From Octopus bimaculoides (lineage: Eukaryota): a stretch of 64,000 nt of DNA. A program made the position numbers and the translations under genes. The stretch spans positions 143,384,148 through 143,448,147 of the forward strand of contig NC_068983.1 in the NCBI RefSeq assembly GCF_001194135.2, read 5' to 3'. The notes below the pieces were generated by a model. The model made no database searches and was not told the DNA's origin. It was given only the letters and a program-made list of their open reading frames with translations. Positions 42,001-52,274 of this stretch are shown piece after piece. The stretch's first letter is position 1. Every line of letters starts with the position of its first letter.

Positions 42001-42648
42001 ACCCGTCAGAGTGTAAGTATCTTGAGAGAAAAGTTGAACATTAGAAGCATCAGTTGTGGTGTGCAAGAGAGACGATTGCGCTGGTATGGACATGTGGTGA
42101 GAATGGATGAGGATAGCTGCGTGAAAAAGTGCCACACCCTAACAGTTGAGGGAACCTGTGGAAGAGGTAGGCCCAGGAAGACCTAGGCTGAGGTGGTGAG
42201 GCAAGACCTTCGTACATTGGGCCTCACCGAGGNNNNNNNNNNNNNNNNNNNNNNNNNNNNNNNNNNNNNNNNNNNNNNNNNNNNNNNNNNNNNNNNNNNN
42301 NNNNNNNNNNNNNNNNNNNNNNNNNNNNNNNNNNNNNNNNNNNNNNNNNNNNNNNNNNNNNNNNNNNNNNNNNNNNNNNNNNNNNNNNNNNNNNNNNNNN
42401 NNNNNNNNNNNNNNNNNNNNNNNNNNNNNNNNNNNNNNNNNNNNNNCCGTTTTCGTGCGGGTGACACGTAAAAGCACCCACTACACTCTCTGAGTGGTTG
42501 GCGTTAGGAAGGGCATCCAGCTGTAGAAACTCTGCCAAATTAGATTGGAGCCTGGTGTTGCCATCCGGTTTCACCAGTCCTCAGTCAAATCGTCCAACCC
42601 ATGCTAGCATGGAAGGCGGACGTTAAACGATGATGATGATGATGATGA
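42001..42648 (+). mobile_element. Young 5'-truncated RTE LINE (ORF2 C-terminus, 3' UTR, (GAT)n), spanning a 214-N gap
   Basis: RQSVSILREKLNIRSISCGVQERRLRWYGHVVRMDEDSCVKKC...GRGRPRKT; CpG-intact tail. Confidence 0.95.
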
Positions 42649-42835
42649 GGCAAGCTGGTAGAATGCTGTGGTATTTCCTCTGTCACTATGTTCAGAGTTC
42701 AAATTCCATCGAGGTTGACTTTGCCTTTAGGTTTGATAAATTAAGTACCAGTGAAACACTGGGGTCGATGTAATCAACTAGTCTCCTCCCCACAATTTCA
42801 AGCCTTGTGCCTATAGTAGAGAGGATTATTATAAT
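42649..42835 (+). mobile_element. SINE family A whose head is split by the RTE insertion
   Basis: ggcaagctggtagaa...gttcagagttcaaattcc...gactttgcc...aagtaccagtg...ggggtcgatgtaatc. Confidence 0.85.
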
Positions 42836-42951
42836 TATTATCATAAATCAGTTTATTTTTCACTGTCAGTCATGTTGTAGGATTGATCTGAGTGTCAGCA
42901 TCCAACTCCTAGAAATTTCTGGCTTTATGCTACTGTTGTCAGGAACATATA

Positions 42952-44068
42952 CAGGATGTGATGAATAAATTGTCTAAATTATGCAAAAATGAAAATAGCA
43001 CTGACATCTCATTTTAACAGATATATTTACCAATTTATCTAGAAATATCTTGAAAAACTAAAGAGTAAATTTATTCAATAAAATTGCTATTGGCTTCAAC
43101 TATGGCCTCCAGACGATTTTGGAATATGCTGCAACTCTTCTGGACCGCCCCATTGTTTAAGTTGGTGAATGCTGCCATAATCCTTGCTTTTAGCTCATCT
43201 TTGGTGTTACAAGGAGTTTTGTTGGTATCTTGCTCAACTTCTCCCCACACATAGTAATCAAGGGGATTGCAGTATGGGGAGTTAAGTGGCCAGATGTTGG
43301 GGGTGATGTAGTTGCAGAGATTGTCTTACAGCCATGACTGGGCTCTCCTGCTTGTGTCACATGATGCAGAGTCCTGTTGGCCAGACATATGGTCTTCCAA
43401 CACCTACCCTCTTTACCTGGGGCAGCACTACCTCCTCCAGACACTTGATGTAGGCAGTTGTGTGGGAAGATGAATAGAGGCATAATGTCACCATCACCAG
43501 TGATCATGCCAAACACCATGATATTGACTGGATGTTTGATTTGTATCACTCTCGGTACATGTTTTGGGAACATGGCAAGCCAATGGAGGTTGTGTGTTCA
43601 CCATCTGATCCTGGCAGAAATTTTTCTCATCTGAGAAAAACCAAAGCATGTTCAGTTGGAGGGGTTGCTTGCATTTGTTCAAAAGCTTCATAGTGCAGTC
43701 TTTCCTCTTGTCCTTGATGGCTTGGGATAAAAATTGGTTCTTTCTCATCTTGTATGAGGAATACCAAATGTTTTCATGCACAACCTACCTGATAAGAAAT
43801 TCAAACACCCCCATGTTCCTGGCGATGGACCTGAATGATCCGGAGAGATCACTGTCAATCAGGGCCTGGATCTCAACAACAAATCCACAAGTTCTTTTCT
43901 TATCAGAACGATCAGAATGAGTTTTCCGAGCTGCCGTACTTTCGTAATCACTATTAGACTCCTTCAACTCTTTCCGAATCCTCTGCACTTTCCTTAGGTT
44001 GACACTCAAAACCAATGCGCATGTACGAAATTAAAAATATAAAATGGCAACAATTTACCATCACACCC
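42952..44068 (-). mobile_element. Degenerate Tc1/mariner transposon, DD37D (maT) type
   Basis: TIR caggatgtgatgaataaattgt preceded by TA and its inverse acaatttaccatcacacccc. Minus-strand transposase motifs WFFSDEKNFCQD, KHPVNIMVFG, RPYVW/QQDSA and WPLNSP(Y)CNPLDYYVWG, with 37 residues between the second and third D. Confidence 0.9.
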
Positions 44069-45280
44069 CCTCCCTCTGTGTGTGTGTGTGTGCGCGTGCG
44101 TGTTTTAATAATTTCAAGAAGAAAAACACTGTGGTCTTTTCAGGGCCTCGCAGTCTGGTTGAGAAAAGTTATCAGAGATTAGTCTGAATACTGACAACAG
44201 AGTAAACTCTACTAAAAGGTATCTAAAGGTCAGGTCATGGTGTTAACTCCTCCAGCCCTAGTTACTACTACTGCTACCATCACCACTACTATTATTTGGG
44301 TTGTTTAATTCCAAGTCAGCCTTTATTTCAGACGTATGACCAACAGCATTTGAGCCATAACCACTTCCAACACACACTACAAATACCTTGAAACTACATT
44401 ATCCAGTGTCTTTTTATTCAGAAAAGAAGGAATTGAGGGAGATTTGGGTGCTACTTCTGACATGCCTTGGTGTGTTTCTTATTAATGTTACTGCACTGAA
44501 AGATTTACACAAATAAAATCCATCAGGGTTTAGGTTTTACTTTTGTTTAAAAAATATAACCAGCTACTTAACTAAAGCAAAACTTTAAAACAAAATAACA
44601 AATCTCCACACATAATCAATGAAAGGTAGAGAAGTGGGGAGTTCTGAAACAGTAATCAATGAGAGCAGTAGTATGAAATAAAAAAAATAATAAATAACAG
44701 CAGAATGGACCCTAAAGAATATTTCTAATGCCAAGGGACAGGATCATGAAATAATCATTAACTGAAAAATTTATATCGAAAATGTTTTTAAAAAGGCAGC
44801 TGTTGTTTCCACTCAAGAACAATTTAGATGTCCTCATTCCAATGCTATGAAAGGAACGTATTCCTGTAATGTTAAGCACGATAATTGCTAGTTGATCCAC
44901 TAGAACTAGAGTGCATACAACGTTGATAGTTGATTTGAATAAGCAGTGGGTAAGGGAAGGGATTTATTCTGAGGTTTGGAAAGAAGCTTTTTTTTTTTTA
45001 GTAATTTCATTCCACTTCCTTCCTATCACCACCATGTTTCCAATGATTTTCAGGGATCCATGAGAGGGAGGAAGTGGTGTATGCGTATGGAGTGACTGAG
45101 TGTGTGAGTATGTGTATTTTGTGTTTGTAAGGGGTTCAAGTAGTTTAATTAGATTGAAATTCAATCAATTTATTTCTGCTAAAGTGCAAAAGAAATATGG
45201 CAGAATAATGTGAAGGGAATCAAGCATGTGTGCCAAGTACACAACATCTGGAAAATTCTGTTTTCACAGAATTTATTTTT

Positions 45281-46369
45281 TGTTTACAAAGAAGCCAACA
45301 AGGTTGAATAAGTCCAGGAACAGGTTATCTTTTTGTTTTTAACCTGTAGAGAACGACCGTGCAAAGCAAAGGAGATGGTGACGAATGGAAACAGGCTCTT
45401 TTTAACGCGTCGCAAGGTTGACACAAAACATGTAATGTAACATAAGAGGGCTTGCATGTGAGATGCGAGGAAGTGCCAGCAAAGGAAAGAGAGTGACACA
45501 ATCGTTAGATATATATAAAGAGTAAGTTTATTAGGGTAGTCAACTGTGTGTGTGTGCGTGCGTGCATGCGGCAATATAAAATAATAACACAATATATGAC
45601 AGGCCGTCGTATGAATAAGAGTGTGTATACAATAATGTGTGTGTATGTGAATGAGAATCTGTAACATAGACGATAAATGTCCTGAACAAAGATAAGAAAG
45701 TACCAGTTCATAGAAGAGTTACATAGTAGGTAGAATGTCTGTACACAAGAGGTCGTGGCTTCTAGGCAGAGCTGAAGTGTCACATGTCGTGAGTGAAGTT
45801 GAGGCTTCTATGCCGAGCCGGTTACTTGAATACAGAAGATTCTCGCAGGTTGTTCTGGCTGTTATTTCTGTGGGGGAAACAATCCACACAATGTTGAGAA
45901 GGAACCACGGTTGTTGTTGGTAGTGTGTACGCTAGTGGCATCATGTTGGCGCTGGCGATGGGACTGTAGTAGACAGTAGGACGGTGGTGTTGACGTCATC
46001 GCTGGAAACTGGCTGTTGGTGTGTGGTCAAACGACCAGACCTCAAAGAGGTCCAAAGCCAAGACAAACTGGCATAGATAAAGCAAGACTATTCATAGGTA
46101 AAAAGGGGCTCCAGAAACAGCAGGAAAACACTCTCACGTGACCTTATCAGAAGGCCACGATTGGTTGATGTTCACCNNNNNNNNNNTTATCAGAAGGCCA
46201 CGATTGGTTGATGTTCACCCTGGCGCGAAACAGAACTGGAGACAAATGCCGCGCAAATAAGAGCCAATCAGGGTGATGGACACAGCATGGTCCAAGCAGG
46301 CCGAAGGCTAGATGTCACCCACTATGTTCGCATTTGTGAATAAATACCCGAGAGAGAGGTTTCACTACA
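45281..46369 (-). mobile_element. Probable solo LTR, about 1.05 kb
   Basis: The minus strand begins TGTAGTGAAA and ends TGTAAACA. It is CpG-rich and non-coding, with CCAAT and CACGTG motifs in its 5' third and AATAAA in its 3' third. No matching TSD found. Confidence 0.5.
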
Positions 46370-46999
46370 AACTTTTTAATACTGTCAAAGGTATTGCACT
46401 TAATTTTGTTATTGGTGTTCTTGCTCCAGCAAGCCCTGATCAAACCAGTTATTGCTGTTCTGCAATTTTGTATATCAGGGGCTTTTGTATATAGAAAAAG
46501 TGTCCTACAATGATTTAAAGGAGGTCAGTTGCTTTTTCTAGGAGTCGAATGAAATGCATGGAGGATGAATTCATCATTGCACATTATTTTACCTGTTATT
46601 GGTCATCGTGATCAAATAGCCCATTTATCAAAAACATTCCAGATGGACTTTTCTTTTTCTAAGACCAATGAAACCTTGGACTACATGATAGCCAATATGT
46701 CCTCCTTTGGGAGATATAATCCAAATGTATTCCCAACAAGCCGAGTAGCTGTGTAAGGTTCTCTCCTTGGTTCATATTTCTATACATGGCACAATCAGTA
46801 GATTTAAAATATCTTATTGATACTTATTTACATTCTTAAATTCAAATTACGACAAACGTAAATAAACAAACGAAGTTTGCTTTTAGAAGCGTTGAGATGT
46901 CTTAGAAAGTTAAAGAAGTGATTTTAAATTCTCAATCGCAGAATAATGCTAATAATATAGCCTGAACAGGATAAAGTACCCCTATTTTGCAGAGAGAAG

Positions 47000-47090
47000 T
47001 GTAGGTGGCTAGCTGTGGACTCGAACTCACATCCCCGTGATTATGCGAGTTCAAATCCTACCAGAGTTGACTTTACTTTTTCCTCCTTTC
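47000..47090 (+). mobile_element. SINE family A fragment
   Basis: gcgagttcaaatcctaccagagttgactttacttt. Confidence 0.55.
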
Positions 47091-49362
47091 TTCCAAAAAT
47101 TAATTATTAGCATTCAAATGGAAGAAAAGGGAGTCACTCTAATCGTCTATAAAGTCAAGTTACTTAATGCTTGTGAACACAATGAACATTATGTCATTCT
47201 CTGCACTATTGACATTGTTAAACTTAAAAGGTAGTATGCTGCAGGCAACGTTGATTTTTTTTTTTTTTTTTTAAGGTATGGATTTCTGAGTGAAGAGAGG
47301 TACCTGAGCCCACAGGGCTTCTCTGGCTAGTGGGAAAGAAAAGTTATCCTTAGACTACAGACCTAGTCCAAACATAGACACTACAAAACTGAAGACCCAG
47401 TTTTTGACAATTGGGTTTTCAGTTTACTGGGAGCTTTTGGGTTGTCTTTTTTTTGTTCTTTTGACAACAAATTTATTAATTTCCTTCAAAAGATCGCTAA
47501 AGACAAAAGAAAAGCCCATACATCGGCAAATAATAAAGCTATCAAACACACATATTTTCACACCCACGTCAACACATGCACCATCTGAAAATAATACAAG
47601 CGAAGTTTTCAACGTTTAATTATTTTTGTCCTACAAGAACACCACCATTGTTTGAATATATGAACACGGTGACTAACTATAGAAACGACGGTTAGTATAG
47701 AGATCAGGGTTGTTTATGGTTTTAGGAGAAAGAATGAAAACAACACAAGAAAAAACATCTTAAATGAAAAGTCAGCTAAATGAAATAAGTTCAAGACAAA
47801 ATATGAAAAGATAATTAGTAACAACTAGTGTGAATGGCAAGCATTCTGTGTACCATTTTATTTTAACCTGTGTCAATTTTCATTAGTCATACGTAAATTA
47901 TTTTCTGTCTGTTGCACAAAACAGGAAGTTATAGTTGTGACTGTTTCACCTCAGGTCAACTTTTATCGACAAGCCTACGATAAAAGGTGTTCCCGTCTTG
48001 ACCAACATTCCTCTCTACGCCCAAATAAACTATATCTAAGACTACATTATTCAATTTGATCTTGCGTTTTTTTTTGTTTTTTTTTTTAAGAGTGCAAACA
48101 GATTTCAGGACTACTTGGTTGATATTTCTCACAGGTCGAACGAACACTTCTATTCACTATTAGTAGTCACAGGTGCAGATATGATGGTACATTGTATAGG
48201 TAGTTTATTATATGTATTTTATATGAAGTAGTAAATATCTGTCACAGGTAGCCGAGCCTACCAACTAAAGGCTCCATGATTCAGTTACTGATCGTTACTG
48301 TACAAATATGAATTGATATGTTAGCTGAGCTCATATTCTTCAGGAAGAAGAACTGGCGCCAGCTGGTTAATTTATCCTGAGATACTCTCCGCGAAGAGGT
48401 CTTTAGTGGACACTCAACTCTATAGTGCGTCTCTAAACAAAGATGACTAATACTGTGGATCCGTGTTAAGAGGAAATAAATTCTCTATCGAATTCCTTTG
48501 TTGATGACTCCATCTGAGTTGCGAGGTGTAGGCTTACTAACACAGATGTTTTCTGGTTGCCAGTAGTAGTACGTATCATATATAGGAGAATATAGGCGAA
48601 ATGACTAAGTGAATACAGTATTAGATTACTATTTCTAATTTGAACCAGCATGGAAGCCACGGGATCAATAGATGGAGAATCTCTTGGCACATTCAAATTT
48701 GAAAACGTTGGTGAAATCCGCATAATTAAAACGGTTTAACTCTTAGGATCAAAACAATTAAATATAAGCTGCAATAACTATGTGTAAAATTGAGGAGTGT
48801 TTCTCAGCACATATGTCTTGCAAATTGCTCCGAGTAATAAAAGGCTTCCTCACACCTGCTCTATGTGGCAATCGATCTGCTCGAAATAGCAGCCGAATCG
48901 CTCTCAAATCCCGCCGCACTGTCCTAAATAAAGGACACGTAAGCAATTGTGCAAAGCAATACATCCCAGTTCACTGGACTGTCGAGAAATGATACCAGAT
49001 CATCTAAGAATGTTATGTATGGTAAACTTAATACCATAATATTAAATTATAGAAGCAGCAATTAATAAACCTCCTCCATCAGGGCTTGAAGGAGGGAGAC
49101 ATGAAAGGAACAAATGAATTCAAATAGACAAAAAGCATAGAAATTATTTTATATATCGTCTTCAATATAAAAAGAAGTACTGCACTAGGATAGAAAATTC
49201 AGTAGAGTACACTATTTAGTCCTAATGCCGGCTCAAATTTTACCCGAGCTGATTTTGTCTAGTTTTGGGAGTTGATAAAATTTAGTGTCCGAAAATCAGC
49301 TCGATGATTAATATCTTGGTTTTGTGTATTTATTACCATGAACCAACAAAGAGCTCCTAAGC

Positions 49363-49508
49363 CAGTGATGGGCAACGTGCGACCCGCGGGACTTTATGAA
49401 CGGCACGCCTAACGAAAAAATTACCTTGAATTTTGTTTGGGCGGCCTTGCTTGATGACGAGTTATGTATCATGCGGTCCGCTTCCCACCCAAAGGTTACA
49501 CAAGCCTA
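49363..49508. mobile_element. hAT-type mini-MITE, 146 bp
   Basis: Ends cagtgatgggcaac / ggttacacaagccta; internal gcgRcc motifs; 8-bp TSD tcctaagc / ttctaagc (7/8). Confidence 0.75.
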
Positions 49509-49569
49509 TTCTAAGCGGTTACTCGAACAGCTAGAAATAACTCACTACTGTTTTAGGATCTGTGAAAAC

Positions 49570-50460
49570 GAAAAGATACACGGGCCAATTACAAGTTGAC
49601 TACACTTTTGGTGGTTTGAGTGACAAGGTAGCATCTTATTCTGTGCATAACAAATAATGCAACAGACTGGTTTTTTTCGCTTATATTTATACCCATTACC
49701 GACAAACATCAGTAAAACTCAGAAACACTCAACAAGCCTGTACAGTTACCACCAAGTATTGGTCAAACTAAGTTTATGGTAGAAGTGCCGCTCACTAAGA
49801 TCGACCCTGGGGGTGAAAGTAAAATATACGTACACTCGGTGGTTAGGGTTAGGATTTTTGTTGCGCCGAAAACGGATGGTGTACGTATTTTTAAGCTCCG
49901 TCGACCCTGAATCTACGTTGTTACGAAGTGAACTTAACCGCTCGAAAATGAATAGTAGAAGAATAAATAAAAATGAATAAAAAAAAAAGACCAAAAAACT
50001 GCGAACACCTTGTTCAAGTGCTGAGTGGGTGAGTTTTAATAAGCTCTGGTTTCTGGCGGAAGTTATACGAGACGTTAAGTCAAAATTGGACAGCATTCAG
50101 AGAGAACTATTTTGAAATATACGAAATTGATAATTCCATTCTAGTAAATAAGAAGTGTGAGGGGGGAGAATAGAATACGCATTTCCACTTATAAAAAATA
50201 AAACAGATCTAATTTCTAATTGTTGGCTTTACTATTTCATTTTAATAACTAGTAAACAACCTCTCAAAGACATGAGTAATTTTATCCCTGACATAACATA
50301 CCAAATACATTTCTGAAAGAAAAAAAAAAAAGAATCAGTATTTAACATGGACACGTGAGAACAGGATGTAAATTCACTTCAGTAAATTCTTGAGGAAAGT
50401 GTCCATTGAAAATATGGTTGCTCCCGATGGAGTGACACAGGAAAACTTCCCGGAAAATAA
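49570..50460. promoter_or_regulatory. CpG-rich non-repeat segment; candidate promoter or first-exon region
   Basis: High CpG density; plus-strand donor TGG|GTGAGT at 50029; CGGAAGT at 50057, CACGTG at 50352 and TTCCCGGAA at 50447. Motif-level evidence only. Confidence 0.3.
50302..50312 (-). other. Candidate 11-nt microexon (AAATGTATTTG)
   Basis: The minus strand reads tactgat (branch-like) - tc(t)12ctttcag | AAATGTATTTG | gtatgt. Confidence 0.25.
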
Positions 50461-50622
50461 ATAAAAGTTTTAGCAATTACATCAGGAAAATAATGTAAAT
50501 CTCTAATTGGCGAGCTTTCGAAATAGCTACCACAACTTCACGGAGAAGGGAAAGGGTGGGGACTTAGGTGACCGTTTCCTTTAATGAAAGAATCTTTTAC
50601 ATTTGACTTCTCTCAATTCCAT

Positions 50623-51177
50623 GGATCTTTTTTAAAACGGGGGCCACATTTTTCATTAATGTTTTACGTAGTGTTTTTGGTACCGAAAGACTTTCAAATT
50701 TCGTATACTTATCTATTTTGTGTAATAGAACAGAAAAATATTTTTGTATTCGAATTTATTTCATGTAAAAAAATTGTCTTATTTCGATAATTTCAACCAA
50801 TCACTGACAAGTATTCAGTTGTTTATATTTACTCCTTTGGCTGATTAAGCGGTGTAAAGCGTATTTAATTTCCATAGCTTCGTTTTGCTTTTTTCTTTTT
50901 AAATTTGCTGTTTTACCCTAACCCTAACACTGATAGAATTGTTTCAGAATCGTTTGTTTATGTAGTCGGCACTTAATGTATATCGGCTGAATGGACGTCA
51001 GTGATTGGTTGAAATTACAGAAATACGACAACTTTAACATGGAATAACTTATAGATTTCTTTTTTTTTTTAAGAAGACTAAGAGAAAAAGATGTTTTATA
51101 TGACACATTCTACCAGTGTTCCAAGTTTCAAAGTGTTTCGTTAATGAAAAATGTGGCCCCCGTTTTAAAAAAGATCC
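50623..51177. mobile_element. Foldback MITE, 555 bp, with perfect 37-bp TIRs
   Basis: 50623-50659 is the exact reverse complement of 51141-51177; an inner 21-bp perfect IR lies at 50788-50808 / 50997-51017. Confidence 0.9.
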
Positions 51178-52018
51178 TCAATAAGATTGTAGGAAGAAAA
51201 TAGTTTATGCCATTGTTGCCGAAATTACATCATCACCACTATCATCATTATGCTATTATTATACTCAGAAGAGAAAAGAATGTATGTAAACAAATAGTTC
51301 TTTATAAATCTGGTCACTGAGTTTAAGATTATAGTAAATAATATAAAACAATACACAAGTGAACTGAAGTGAATAACCAAAATTAGAATAATTGAAATAG
51401 CATACAACTAAATCAGTAATATAATAACCCCCAACTCACACATAAATCATTAAAGCCATATACATGAACAAAAAAGAAAAGTTTGTTCTTTTTTATTGAT
51501 AGACCAATGCTTTTCAAAAACTGTGTCAAGAAATTTATCCTTCAATGTCAGAATATTTAATCTTCGATTTTGCACAAATGCATATTAAAATTAAATATCA
51601 ATTATCTATCGTCTGAATTTCTGAGAGGAGGAATTAATCATAATTACACATTAATATATTCGAGCGTGTTTCCTCGTCTTGGTTGTTACGATTACAATTC
51701 GCCTACTGCACCTGATTCAGCCTTCTTTATAAGTCTGTTGAAATTGAGGTAGATTATCTTCATTGATATCCATAAAAGGGATATTTTTTTTTTATTAGCT
51801 ATTCTAATTGTGAGATCGCTTGCTCGATCTGATTGAAGTAATGTATATTAGGATACGAGTGCGCACATAACTTTGTTTTAGCAAACTGCAGAATAATATT
51901 AGTTCATAATAAAGTTAGTCAGAAGATATAATGGAATTGTTCCTTTGTTTCTATGCAAGTACAGAAAGTCTTCGAATTTTCCAAGGAAATGGAATGAAAT
52001 TAAATCAAATAAAATACA

Positions 52019-52117
52019 ATATTTACGTCATTACATTTAAGAATTTGTTGAAAGCTTAAGTTTCTACGGTAGAAGCACAAGTTCTGAATAAATTCTTAAA
52101 AGTAATGACGTAAATAT
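52019..52117. repeat. 99-bp imperfect palindrome with 28-bp arms (27/28 match)
   Basis: atatttacgtcattacatttaagaattt pairs with aaattcttaaaagtaatgacgtaaatat; central ttctac-g-gtagaa. Confidence 0.9.
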
Positions 52118-52217
52118 GTTAATTTTATTATACTTCATTGGAAAACTAAAAACTTGGTGTAATTTATACAAATAACCTGAGAAAAAATTCCTTAATTTCC
52201 TCTTACTACTCCCCACC

Positions 52218-52220
<3 letters not shown>

Positions 52221-52273
<53 letters not shown>
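52221..52273. repeat. (AT)n microsatellite
   Basis: Visible run. Confidence 0.95.

Positions 52274-52274
<1 letters not shown>

Noticed and set aside
46144-46219. 33-bp exact direct repeat either side of a 10-N gap
   Set aside because: Typical unmerged contig overlap; treated as an assembly artefact
48537-48578. ATG...TTA|gtaagc mini-exon on the minus strand (MIRTTTGNQKTSVL)
   Set aside because: No homology to anything I recognise; such donors arise by chance
49851-49863. (TTAGGG)2-like motifs (also CCCTAA at about 50917 and 58825)
   Set aside because: Only two units; one is internal to a MITE; not interstitial telomere arrays
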